This document shows positions 42,297 to 52,231 of a DNA stretch of 64,000 bases, one piece after another. Under the pieces are notes generated by a model. That model was given only the letters and a program-made list of their open reading frames with translations, had not been told where the DNA came from and searched no databases. The stretch's first letter is position 1, and each line of letters starts with the position of its first letter. The DNA is from a virus. Lineage: Duplodnaviria; Caudoviricetes. The stretch lies in IMG/VR virus record IMGVR_UViG_3300032295_002791, positions 1 to 64,000 of that record; one strand, given 5' to 3'. A program made the translations under genes and the position numbers.

Positions 42297-44971
42297 TGTT
42301 AAAACAACTTCCAAACGTAATTAACAGCTTTTCAAACAGTTCTCAGACCACCGTATCTTCTTTGATAAGACAAATGAAGATAGACAAATCAGATGTTTCT
42401 AGTCTAGTTTCAAAGCTTTCCCAGATAAGGGTAGACACAAGCTACTCTCCATCAATATTTAGTCAGTTCAGTTCTTTAAATAGAGAGTTCTTTGTTGACA
42501 TATTTAGAGATGCAGATGTAAGAATAAGAAGCTACTACACATCAGCCAACACAGTTGGGCTAATGCTTAATTCAATGATTGATATTTTCTTTTCTGAGAT
42601 TGAAAAAGTAGAAAAAGACTTAGACACACTGCAAGTATTTATAGATAATTATGAATTTATAGCTGGTAAAGATGATTTATATAATTCAAATTATGTAGAA
42701 AAATTTGATAATTATTTAAACGATTATAGAACTGATGGCTATCTATTTGATCTTATAGATAGAGATGGTTCCTATTTTGATGAAAATGGAAATGGTTTTG
42801 TAGATACAAGGGCTGGCGTATTCAAAATTGGAACTGGTGTTACGGCAAAGAACGCGCTAGATTTCATAGATGATATAAATATAAAAACGAACTATGACAA
42901 TTATAAGTCAAGTGACAGTGGTTTTTACGCAACCTTAAACGATAATAGATCAGATTCCTGGAATGTTACCATAAAATCTCCAGTTATTTTAACTTCAAAA
43001 ATAGATGATATAAAGAAATATATATCCTATGATTTATCTTATATCAACGGTGCTCAAAACATTGTTGAAATGTCATTTGCATTCCCTCAAGAGATTGACA
43101 CAATCTATATTACGCCAGGCCACGGAAATGGTTTACAACTATTGCAGGCCGTACTGTTTTCTGATGTTACAGAAAGTTACGTATATAAAGATTATGAAAC
43201 CATTCTTCAAGAGGCAACAGATGCGAACCAAACAATTGAGTCATACATTGAAGCAACAGCGGGGGATCCAATTTCTGCCACTACAACTGTCCCTATCTTA
43301 ACAGAACCAAAGCAATTGGATTCTATTACTGAAATATCATTTCCAAGAAGGAATGTTAGCAAAGTTGTATTGATATTTAATCAACCAGTTTATTCAAAAA
43401 ATGAGAATACTACATCGTCAAGCGAACTCAATGCCAAGGCAGTTTATGATATCGGCAGAGAGATCAGAGAAATTAGAAGATCAAGAACCGATAAATTGCA
43501 GGATCTAATATATAATTTGTTTTTAAGAAATAATTCTATTAAAGATTTATTCAAAAATAAATATATGAATGATAGTTATTACTCATATAAGTATCCTGTT
43601 TCAAACGAAACATTTGGCAATAAGAATGGCAGAGATAATTTTTCTGAAGAAAATATTCAGTCTGATTTGATAGATGATAAATGGAACACAATACTATCTA
43701 ATCTATTCCAAAACTTTTTCGTCCATATGATCAAAGATAATGGGGAAATTTTTGATACCTCAACATTTGTTGAGTCAGGATCCATGTCTTCGGATAGGTA
43801 TGATTTTAGAAATCCAGGCATGCTCCCGCAGAAAGATTCTAATAATTTATTTTTGGGCAAAACGAAAGAGCTGTTTGCTGAAACGGTTTCAAGGTCAAAC
43901 CATTCCATATTTAAAGATCTATTTATTCTAGAGAAAATAGATCAATATGAATATAGCTTCTCGATTAAATCGATAGAGTTCGCTGCAGTAGAAAAAATAG
44001 ATTCAAATAAAGCTTGTTTCGTTAGTAAAAAGATTCCATTTAACGGATATCCTTTGGCATTAAAGGCTTCTATGGTTAAGAGTAGTAATTTAATAGACTT
44101 TAATAGGTTTAACTTTGACCTTAAAGAACCAGTATCTTATGAGCTTTCTATTTCTAATACAGAAATACCAGTGTCCGAGAATGACTGGCTGCCAATATTA
44201 GAATACGGAAAAGATACTATAGACTCAGAAGTATTATTCTTTGATTCACAATCACTATCCGCATATACAAGGTTTTATTTTAAAAAAGAAACATTTGTTC
44301 TATACAAAGATGGATATATAGTTTCTCCAGACATATATTCGTTAAAAGAAAATTCAATATTTCTTAATTTATTAGACATTAATTCTATTTATGCATGTAA
44401 ATATAAAACAGATTTAACTTTATTTAACTATGATAATGTTGATTTCATTAAGAGTAAGCTGTTCCAGGAATCAACTAAATCATACTTCAATGATCAAGGC
44501 CAGGGTGAAAGATTTTCCACAACAGACTACACCGGAAGAATAACTCTTTCAAATCTCCCATACGTTAATACTACGTATACCGAGAGTGCTGGATATAACC
44601 CAGCATATGGCACTACGTTTTCTTCTGATTATCAAGGATATACTCCAGTAAAAGTACTTTTATCGGATGGTTCTTATGCGATTAACTTAACAAACTATAC
44701 TAACAGTAAGGATCTTGCATCGTTCCCGGATAGTTCAAGAGTTTATTTTATACAAAATGGTAAAGAAATAGTATTTAATCAGATTATATCTGATCCATTC
44801 TCTGTTGTTTATGAATATGTTTCTAATTCCACAAGATTTAGAATAATTCTCAGAAAGAATGTATCAATCATTCTTTATCAGGCATCCGTAGATGCGGTAA
44901 TAGTTAAAGCAAAAACTAAAAACTATGACCCGTACTACGATAAGTTAACTAAGGCATTAATAATCGGTTAA
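42296..44971 (+). CDS. Putative virion structural protein (891 aa)
   Basis: N-terminal coiled coil, then beta-rich domains. Translationally coupled within the tail module. Confidence 0.5.
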   Translation: MLKQLPNVINSFSNSSQTTVSSLIRQMKIDKSDVSSLVSKLSQIRVDTSYSPSIFSQFSSLNREFFVDIFRDADVRIRSYYTSANTVGLMLNSMIDIFFSEIEKVEKDLDTLQVFIDNYEFIAGKDDLYNSNYVEKFDNYLNDYRTDGYLFDLIDRDGSYFDENGNGFVDTRAGVFKIGTGVTAKNALDFIDDINIKTNYDNYKSSDSGFYATLNDNRSDSWNVTIKSPVILTSKIDDIKKYISYDLSYINGAQNIVEMSFAFPQEIDTIYITPGHGNGLQLLQAVLFSDVTESYVYKDYETILQEATDANQTIESYIEATAGDPISATTTVPILTEPKQLDSITEISFPRRNVSKVVLIFNQPVYSKNENTTSSSELNAKAVYDIGREIREIRRSRTDKLQDLIYNLFLRNNSIKDLFKNKYMNDSYYSYKYPVSNETFGNKNGRDNFSEENIQSDLIDDKWNTILSNLFQNFFVHMIKDNGEIFDTSTFVESGSMSSDRYDFRNPGMLPQKDSNNLFLGKTKELFAETVSRSNHSIFKDLFILEKIDQYEYSFSIKSIEFAAVEKIDSNKACFVSKKIPFNGYPLALKASMVKSSNLIDFNRFNFDLKEPVSYELSISNTEIPVSENDWLPILEYGKDTIDSEVLFFDSQSLSAYTRFYFKKETFVLYKDGYIVSPDIYSLKENSIFLNLLDINSIYACKYKTDLTLFNYDNVDFIKSKLFQESTKSYFNDQGQGERFSTTDYTGRITLSNLPYVNTTYTESAGYNPAYGTTFSSDYQGYTPVKVLLSDGSYAINLTNYTNSKDLASFPDSSRVYFIQNGKEIVFNQIISDPFSVVYEYVSNSTRFRIILRKNVSIILYQASVDAVIVKAKTKNYDPYYDKLTKALIIG

Positions 44972-44973
44972 TT

Positions 44974-46878
44974 ATGGCACAACTATCACCATCAACATCA
45001 ATCTTTGACCAAGTTGCTACGTCTCTTTCTGCAGTAGCTGAAAAATTAAAGAATGGAAAGTATGTAACTAAGCAGGATTTAATATCTGATTTTAACCAAG
45101 CCTTGAATGAAGCTTATAAAAATATAGATTCATTTAATACTAAATTAGATTTGTTTACAAAAGGTGAACCACCAACTTCAACCAAGATGAACAAGTTTGT
45201 TAATTCATTAAAAAATGATATCAACATATCTGCTAAGCAATTGGATTATTTAACAGCAAAAACTATAAGTATATTTAATTTATTTACTTCTGAAATAGAA
45301 AATGAAAAAAAATATTCTCAAAGAATATTTTCAAAAGCAAAAATATTACAAATGTATTCTTCAAGTCCAGCAGAAGACATAGTTTATATTGGTGATTCTT
45401 TTGACAATCAAGACTATATGGATTTTTCCAGGATGAAAGTAAATGAAAACCCTATGATACAGGGTGGAGCTGGAACTATTCAGGCAGCAAAAACAATTAA
45501 CTGGAATCCATCAAGGATAACAATAAACAATTCAAATGGTTTCATGGGCAATAATCATATTGTTGTAAAAAGCAAAGATGAATTAGATAAAATTAATTAT
45601 GAGTATGCTTTTAAAAATAGTCCTTCGATATCAAATCCATTAAATATAATGGATAAGAATCCATTAACATACTTTGAATACGAAGCCATAAACATTGACA
45701 GGAGTAAGTATCTAACTACGTTTGATTTTATTCCATCAGAAAATGAATTCTCATATATAGTTGACTCTGAAGAATTGTCTTCCGCACCAAAGCGTAGTTT
45801 AGTTAATTGGTCCAACCACAATCTACAAGAGCCTCTTATGCTGGACTTTACTATCGAATCTAATGCCCCAGCCTGGGCTAACTCCATAAAGATATCTCCA
45901 TATTTTGCATATGCAAAAATATTAAAGGTATCTAATATCTATGTCACCAATGATCTAGGGGAAACAGAAGACATAGTACAGGAATCTTTTTACATAGGTT
46001 TATCGCCAGAAAGCTTAACCAAAGAAGCTTATTCTAAATATTATTTTGATTCAGCAGTTGTTAAATTTTCTGATAGAAAAGTTTTAAAAGTTAGAGTTGT
46101 TCTTGAGCAACCATATTTCAGTGAAGAAGAAATTATGCACACCTATTGGGCTACCGACTATACGCAGTCTACATCTGACAACAGCCCATTTTTTGGATCA
46201 GTAAGGTTTAATCCAGATTCTTTAAGTAAAGATATTTATCAAGAAATAAATTATAACAAAGATGCTATAATTCCACCATTGAGTAATCCAAATATCTTTA
46301 AAAAGAATAACGTTACCAGCAAACAGGTAACTGTATCTGTAAAGAAAAAGATTACAGAAACGAATAAGGCTGAGTCGGTACAAACATTTAGCGTTCCACT
46401 CAAGCTGCAAAGAGATATAATCAAGTGCAAGAGAATGTCAATTGGCTTAAGAGATATTTCTATTGAGTATATTGAATACTTAGACTCAGCAGAGATTGTA
46501 TCCTTACCTTATAATTTTGATTATCCAGTAGAATCTGTAATGCTCGGGATAGAGAGTGACCTAAATAGCGTTTCTTCAACTGCTCAGCTTATAACCTCTT
46601 CTATTTCTGTTGATGATGGCAATAGTTGGATAGATATAAGTTCAACCCAATTTGGATTTAATTCAGCTTCGTCGTCAGAGAATCCAGAAGTCCTGGTGTT
46701 TAACCAAAATGTCCCACCGGGATACAAATTGCCTGGAGTAGGTTATCAAAATTATCCGAAGGTTCCTTCTGAAATTAAGAACATCTTAGTTAAGATAAAA
46801 ATGTTAAAGGATCCAAATACAAACGTTGTTCCAACCGTGTATTCGTACACATTGGCCGCAAAGGTTAAAAAAATATGA
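44974..46878 (+). CDS. Putative virion structural protein (634 aa)
   Basis: Coiled-coil N-terminus (GEPPTSTKMN), beta-sandwich C-terminus (SISVDDGNSW). Confidence 0.5.
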   Translation: MAQLSPSTSIFDQVATSLSAVAEKLKNGKYVTKQDLISDFNQALNEAYKNIDSFNTKLDLFTKGEPPTSTKMNKFVNSLKNDINISAKQLDYLTAKTISIFNLFTSEIENEKKYSQRIFSKAKILQMYSSSPAEDIVYIGDSFDNQDYMDFSRMKVNENPMIQGGAGTIQAAKTINWNPSRITINNSNGFMGNNHIVVKSKDELDKINYEYAFKNSPSISNPLNIMDKNPLTYFEYEAINIDRSKYLTTFDFIPSENEFSYIVDSEELSSAPKRSLVNWSNHNLQEPLMLDFTIESNAPAWANSIKISPYFAYAKILKVSNIYVTNDLGETEDIVQESFYIGLSPESLTKEAYSKYYFDSAVVKFSDRKVLKVRVVLEQPYFSEEEIMHTYWATDYTQSTSDNSPFFGSVRFNPDSLSKDIYQEINYNKDAIIPPLSNPNIFKKNNVTSKQVTVSVKKKITETNKAESVQTFSVPLKLQRDIIKCKRMSIGLRDISIEYIEYLDSAEIVSLPYNFDYPVESVMLGIESDLNSVSSTAQLITSSISVDDGNSWIDISSTQFGFNSASSSENPEVLVFNQNVPPGYKLPGVGYQNYPKVPSEIKNILVKIKMLKDPNTNVVPTVYSYTLAAKVKKI

Positions 46879-49013
46879 ACATTTCAACAGTACAGAAAAG
46901 AAGATTTTTAAATAATATATATAAATTAATATATTCTTCTGGGCAAAAACCTTCTGAGCAAGAAGTTAGAAGGGCATTTAATGAGTACTTTAGCGTAAAT
47001 CAACCTGGTTATCCTATTAGAGTTAACTATGATTTACTTAGAGCATCAAATAAAACAGATGTTGATTTGTTAAATCAAATAATGGCAAATACAATTTATA
47101 ATGTTGACGTATTATATGACACAATATTAGACAATAATGAAGAGTTATTTTCTATCGTAACATCTCTTAATAAAAAATTAGAAAATTTAAAAAAGAAGAG
47201 ACTGCAATTAGAATCTAAGATAGATGATCTTATATTCATGAATAATAATTCGGATGGATATTTTTATTCATTTACAGAAAATTTTATATCAGCAGATAAA
47301 TTAGATTTGTCATTAACTGACTCTGCGTTTTTTGATCCAAAGCTTAGAAATGTAACCATTAGCAAATTAAAGTCTGAACAATTTAATGTTATGACTGTTG
47401 ATAACTTGAATGGAAACAATGTTGATTTTGCTGTGACTGTTAACGGTCAGCAATTAAGTGACACAATTGATAAAACAAATTTCAATAATATATTTGATGG
47501 CCTAACAGACACATACTGGGATCACTCTGTGTCTGTGCAAAATCCGCAGCCAGTTTCATTAACAATAAGCATACCCGTGAACAGGGCTTCAGTGCTATCA
47601 AAGGTGGATGGTGTATTATTCACTTCTTCTCCAGTAAATATCATGATGAGAGCGATCTACTCTGATCCAGAAAAGCCAATCGAAATAAGAACAAAAACAT
47701 CAAGATCAGATTACGATGCATTTTCTTTCTCTATTCCAGCAGGGTCTTATTCGGCCATAGAAATAGTTCTATATAAGAATGAGCCAGATTATATAGATCA
47801 AAATAGCTCTAATCCATATGTTTACAAGTTTGGTTTAAGAGAAATGATAATAGGATCGAAATACTACGCTAAATCCGGCATACTTGTTTCTGCGCCAATA
47901 TCAATTCCAACAAAAACTAATTCAAATCTTGTAATAGATGCCGTATCCATGGAAGTTAAGGAGCAAGTTGTTTCAGGAACATCGGTAAATTACTACGTAG
48001 CTGCCGACAATCCATTTGCGGAAAAGATCAATGACTATAACTGGATTCCAGTTTCACCAAAAGGATCAGAAAGCTCTGGATACAATCCGGTAGTTTATCT
48101 TGATGGCTCAACAAGGAATAATGTATACATATCAGGCAGTCCAGAAGATGATGAGCTTGCCTACATACCAGTTAATTCTTCAACGGCTAACGTAAATGAA
48201 TTGAATCCAAATACTAAAATATATCCTGAAAAAAATACATACAGGATTGCGGCACTTAGTTCGGAAGAGAACTATTTAAATCCTATTTTGTTAGGTGGAA
48301 TAGACTGCCTGAAACACAACTATGTAATATACACAGGTACTTCTACTCTAGATGGCAAGTATAAAGACCTTGAGTATTGGACAGATGCCTTAAGCAATAA
48401 GCCAGCATCACTTTTGTCTAATACATTGAGAGAGCAGATTGGTTCAGTGAATCCAGGCGTAAACTCTTATAGCTCTGGCTACATAGAGACTTCAATCTTA
48501 AGACAAAGCCCTATAAGTGTTATACATACTGTGTCAAAATCTAATCCTAATTTTAATTTGGCAATATATCTGAATGGGATTCTAATAGCAGACCTCCCTA
48601 AGGGAACTGGTAGCAAGGTTGTAGAGTGGGAATTCAAGTCAGGTATAAATAAAATAGTTGTGACTTATGACAAATCACTATCTGGACAGGTTTCTTTTAA
48701 TTTAATAGAAGGTCTGTCTTTATCTAGGTATGGATTAGTGTTCGTTGATTATTTTAATTATTTAGATTCATTTGAATTCCAAAATAAAGCCAACGCAGAT
48801 AACTACTATTTTACTATAGATACAATCTTTGGAAGAAAAGAAGTACTGGCCTCAAAACAGTTAACTGGAAAATCAAACTTTATTTATACATCCAATAATC
48901 CATCGGCCGTCAACGCCGTTAGGTTCAGAGTTGATTTAAATAGATACGAAGATCCACTAGTATCTCCAATAGTTGAATCTGTAAGAATTAAGTTTAAACA
49001 TAGGGATGCGTAA
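46875..49013 (+). CDS. Putative virion structural protein (712 aa)
   Basis: Coiled coil followed by a discoidin/CBM-like segment (NIFDGLTDTYW). ATGA overlap with the previous gene. Confidence 0.5.
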   Translation: MNISTVQKRRFLNNIYKLIYSSGQKPSEQEVRRAFNEYFSVNQPGYPIRVNYDLLRASNKTDVDLLNQIMANTIYNVDVLYDTILDNNEELFSIVTSLNKKLENLKKKRLQLESKIDDLIFMNNNSDGYFYSFTENFISADKLDLSLTDSAFFDPKLRNVTISKLKSEQFNVMTVDNLNGNNVDFAVTVNGQQLSDTIDKTNFNNIFDGLTDTYWDHSVSVQNPQPVSLTISIPVNRASVLSKVDGVLFTSSPVNIMMRAIYSDPEKPIEIRTKTSRSDYDAFSFSIPAGSYSAIEIVLYKNEPDYIDQNSSNPYVYKFGLREMIIGSKYYAKSGILVSAPISIPTKTNSNLVIDAVSMEVKEQVVSGTSVNYYVAADNPFAEKINDYNWIPVSPKGSESSGYNPVVYLDGSTRNNVYISGSPEDDELAYIPVNSSTANVNELNPNTKIYPEKNTYRIAALSSEENYLNPILLGGIDCLKHNYVIYTGTSTLDGKYKDLEYWTDALSNKPASLLSNTLREQIGSVNPGVNSYSSGYIETSILRQSPISVIHTVSKSNPNFNLAIYLNGILIADLPKGTGSKVVEWEFKSGINKIVVTYDKSLSGQVSFNLIEGLSLSRYGLVFVDYFNYLDSFEFQNKANADNYYFTIDTIFGRKEVLASKQLTGKSNFIYTSNNPSAVNAVRFRVDLNRYEDPLVSPIVESVRIKFKHRDA

Positions 49014-49052
49014 AGCCAGTAATTCTGGTACTAATCAGTTAGGAATAATTAA

Positions 49053-49451
49053 ATGCCAATAACTTATACAAAACAATCCCATACCAAAAGACTTATAGAG
49101 CCTTTTTTTTCTAGATTTAGACAGAAATATAGAGGATCTAGAAACAGCAAAAGAGAGAATTTAGAAATGAATTCTTTAATTGTTGACTTTAATAGAATTG
49201 ACAATCAATTAGATTTGATAGATGCAAGCTGCAACAGTTATTCTGCAAGTATTAATGGTAAAATATCTTCAATAGTTGAAGAAGAAGTATTGGTTGATGG
49301 GGTTGATGTTGAAGTTGATGGCGTTACAGCATCTGCGGTAGATGAAATAACATACAACGCATCAATCATAGATATAAATGACATTGTAAAAATTACAGGA
49401 AAATTATCTAGGCTTCACAATAAAGTAAAATTTTTAGAAAACAGGATTTAA
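49053..49451 (+). CDS. Putative virion protein with YRG..S..N N-terminal motif
   Basis: QKYRGSRNSKREN resembles AQYRGPVDSAEYN of the next ORF; coiled coil. Confidence 0.5.
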   Translation: MPITYTKQSHTKRLIEPFFSRFRQKYRGSRNSKRENLEMNSLIVDFNRIDNQLDLIDASCNSYSASINGKISSIVEEEVLVDGVDVEVDGVTASAVDEITYNASIIDINDIVKITGKLSRLHNKVKFLENRI

Positions 49452-49452
49452 T

Positions 49453-50712
49453 ATGGCAGATTCAATCAACACCCAAAAGAGAGACGCTCAATATAGAGGT
49501 CCAGTAGACAGCGCAGAATACAATACTAGAATTGAAGAAAACTATAGAGACCTTTTGTATCTGTACAATAAATCAAATATTCTTGATCAGAAACTTTCTC
49601 AAGCATTTGAAAGAGTATTAAAAGATCAAGCATACCTGGTTAATGCCGTAGACGATCTCGTTGATAGAGTCGAGGCTTTGGAAAACGAAACAAACACTCT
49701 ATCAATATACTCTTTTTCACAGCTTGATTATGTTAATTTTGTTGGAACAAGCTTTGCCGTGTCAACAACGGATCTCCTGAGTTTGGATCCATACTATAAC
49801 GTCATAACACTTCCAAAGGTTAGTGGATCCTCAAATTCAAAACTTAAATTCCATACATCTGGAGCGTCTTCAACTCAGGTTGTTCCAGACTTCTTTAAAA
49901 CATATATACAAAACACCTATGCTGGAGTAGATACAGGTGGAGCGGTAGTTAATACCACGCCAACATTCCATGCAGTTATAGATGATCCAAATAAAGTTTG
50001 GAAGCGTAACATCATTACGCAATCCACGTCTGTATCTGGAGCTCAGATGATGTTTTATGTGAAGATTCCATCTGAATTTACCGGATCAACGAAAACAAAC
50101 TGCATTAAGTTTAATCCATTCCCTGTATATTCAGTTGATATATCAACAATAGAATATACAACAAAGCCAAATCCGACATTGACTGAATCAGATTCCTGGA
50201 TCCCATTAAACTCTTCTGCTCTTTACAATGGAGTTAGCACGGCAATAGGCAAAGTGCCACCTGGTGGATGGCTTGTTTCTGGATCTGATACGATCTACAA
50301 CTCTGGCCCACTCTGCTTCTATTTCCCAGACAAAGAAGTGACAGCAATAAGAGTAAAGATGGTGCAAAGAAGCTACATGGAAGAAGAAGGTAATTATGTC
50401 TATACATATGGCCTTTCTGATCTTGATGTAAGATACGATAAATTCCTTCCATCTGGTAAAACGATAATTAAATTTACTCCACCGGACGGATCTTTAATTA
50501 ATAATATAATTAGTGTGGATCCAGTCATTTACAACGTCCCTCTAAGCCAGATGTCAAATGCATTTAGTTATAGGGTAATCTACGACGATGCTGGAAACTA
50601 CAGCCTTACAAACCCAGGGGCATCTTCTAGTGTGTGGATAGAGGTCACTCTAAACATGCTAGAGGATAAGACGGCACCAGTGCTTTCTGACCTAAGAATT
50701 CAATATGATTAA
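49453..50712 (+). CDS. Putative virion structural protein (419 aa)
   Basis: YRGPVDSAEYN, coiled coil, beta-rich C-terminus (YTYGLSDLDVRY). Confidence 0.5.
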   Translation: MADSINTQKRDAQYRGPVDSAEYNTRIEENYRDLLYLYNKSNILDQKLSQAFERVLKDQAYLVNAVDDLVDRVEALENETNTLSIYSFSQLDYVNFVGTSFAVSTTDLLSLDPYYNVITLPKVSGSSNSKLKFHTSGASSTQVVPDFFKTYIQNTYAGVDTGGAVVNTTPTFHAVIDDPNKVWKRNIITQSTSVSGAQMMFYVKIPSEFTGSTKTNCIKFNPFPVYSVDISTIEYTTKPNPTLTESDSWIPLNSSALYNGVSTAIGKVPPGGWLVSGSDTIYNSGPLCFYFPDKEVTAIRVKMVQRSYMEEEGNYVYTYGLSDLDVRYDKFLPSGKTIIKFTPPDGSLINNIISVDPVIYNVPLSQMSNAFSYRVIYDDAGNYSLTNPGASSSVWIEVTLNMLEDKTAPVLSDLRIQYD

Positions 50713-50782
50713 TGGTTAAAAACCAAAAATCATTTTACTATAGATAGCGTAAACCGCATTATACAATAAGGAGATATCTCAT

Positions 50783-51391
50783 ATGGCAACCTTTTACGTA
50801 GGTCCAAGACCAGTCTTGAGGGGGCGTGACGCCGATGACATGGTCAACGTATTCAAGGGTACGGCTGGCACATATTCATTCTACCCACTATTTGCTAAGG
50901 GTCTTTTGGATGGAGCTCCAGACAATAACCATGTCCCAGGCACTGGTCGTCACCCAGGAAATGTTCTTTTATCACAACTATTTACTGGCTCGACACTCTA
51001 TGTTGGAACAACTCCACTAGCAGGAACTTTTGCTGACGGAGCAGGTTATGAAGGTGCTCGTTATAAGCCATTTGAATTTAAGGGTTTGGTCGGTGCAGCA
51101 GCATTTCCTTCTGGCTTTGGTCACGCTGACAGAGTAAGTGATTACAGCTACAACAACTATATATTTGACGGTGTTACATCTTCAAATATATTTGCTGGAA
51201 CTGGTCACGGCCCAAGAACAGAAGCACAAGGTGCGCCATCATCGTTTGGTGTTTTTAGACCAAATGAAGTTCATGGTGTAGCAAGCGCAACAGTGTTTAC
51301 TTCTGGTTATGGTCAAGCAAACACTGCATCTGACTACGGTAGAAACAAAGTATTGGAATACAAAGGTTTAGCTTCAACAAAAGCCTTGTAA
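50783..51391 (+). CDS. Gly-rich repeat protein, probably an abundant virion component
   Basis: Strong RBS TAAGGAG. About 3.5 internal repeats of roughly 30 aa. Last gene before a large hairpin. Confidence 0.5.
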   Translation: MATFYVGPRPVLRGRDADDMVNVFKGTAGTYSFYPLFAKGLLDGAPDNNHVPGTGRHPGNVLLSQLFTGSTLYVGTTPLAGTFADGAGYEGARYKPFEFKGLVGAAAFPSGFGHADRVSDYSYNNYIFDGVTSSNIFAGTGHGPRTEAQGAPSSFGVFRPNEVHGVASATVFTSGYGQANTASDYGRNKVLEYKGLASTKAL

Positions 51392-51415
51392 GTATCACTG
51401 ACAAAATATATTCTG

Positions 51416-51424
51416 TGCTATACT
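51416..51424 (+). promoter_or_regulatory. Extended -10 promoter at the start of the metabolism module
   Basis: TG-C-TATACT. CTGACA at 51398-51403 lies upstream with only a 15 nt spacer. Confidence 0.5.
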
Positions 51425-51434
51425 AATAGCACGG

Positions 51435-51475
51435 CGACAACAGTCCCGTCTGATATCAGACGGGATTGTCGTTTA
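51435..51475. terminator. Long hairpin with a 22-bp perfect palindrome at the structural/metabolic module boundary
   Basis: CGACAA-cag-TCCCGTCTGATATCAGACGGGA-TTGTCG followed by TTTA. Confidence 0.6.
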
Positions 51476-51521
51476 TATGGATCGTTTTTATAGGTTTTGA
51501 GTATTTTATTGAGGATTATAA

Positions 51522-52226
51522 ATGTCTTTAGAGGCTCTTGAAAAGGTAATAAAAGAAGATACGATACCGTTCGAGGTTGCAGAAAAATATTTAAACCTAT
51601 TTCTTGGCAAGTCAGATTGGGATAATCACCTAAAAAGACTTTGGACAATATCTGCTTCTAAAAACTCCACAGAAGAACAAAGAAAAAACTTTGTGAAAAA
51701 AGCCATAAGCTGTGCAATAATGCTTCCTCTACTAGAGGGCACTACTATACCTAGTCCTCCAGACAAACTTTTGTTTTGGTGCACAGCTTGGACTCAGTTT
51801 AATGAAAAAGATTGGTTTAAATTATTTCAAGAAAATATAGAAGAAGATATAAGAATTACAAAAGATAGAAATGCAATTATTATGTTAGGCGTTGTAGATC
51901 CAATAGATGTTTCTCCTTTAACTAGGCAGGCATTTAATTGGTTGTACAATAGGGCAAAAGAAGTTTCTGATTTAAATGAAGAGAATACAAAAGAACTAGA
52001 GGCAAAGTTTTTCAATCTAGTCAAGGCATATGGTGGGGCAGTGATATGTAATATGTTTGTTAAACACAAAAATAATATTAGTAAAGTATTTAACTGGAGA
52101 AGTGGTTATTTCTTTGAGAAAGAAATACATAAGGTATATAAGATCGATGAAATAATTAAGATAAAAAATACAGAACTACAAAAGCTTAATCAAAAATACG
52201 TAAAAAAAATAACACTCAATAAATAG
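51522..52226 (+). CDS. Hypothetical protein (234 aa, helical)
   Basis: RBS GAGGA; no recognisable motif. Confidence 0.7.
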   Translation: MSLEALEKVIKEDTIPFEVAEKYLNLFLGKSDWDNHLKRLWTISASKNSTEEQRKNFVKKAISCAIMLPLLEGTTIPSPPDKLLFWCTAWTQFNEKDWFKLFQENIEEDIRITKDRNAIIMLGVVDPIDVSPLTRQAFNWLYNRAKEVSDLNEENTKELEAKFFNLVKAYGGAVICNMFVKHKNNISKVFNWRSGYFFEKEIHKVYKIDEIIKIKNTELQKLNQKYVKKITLNK

Positions 52227-52231
52227 GAGAT

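Noticed and set aside
49029-50741. TACTA[AT] in two intergenic gaps as a late-promoter motif
   Set aside because: Only two or three short instances in AT-rich DNA; not distinguishable from chance or an ordinary -10 element.
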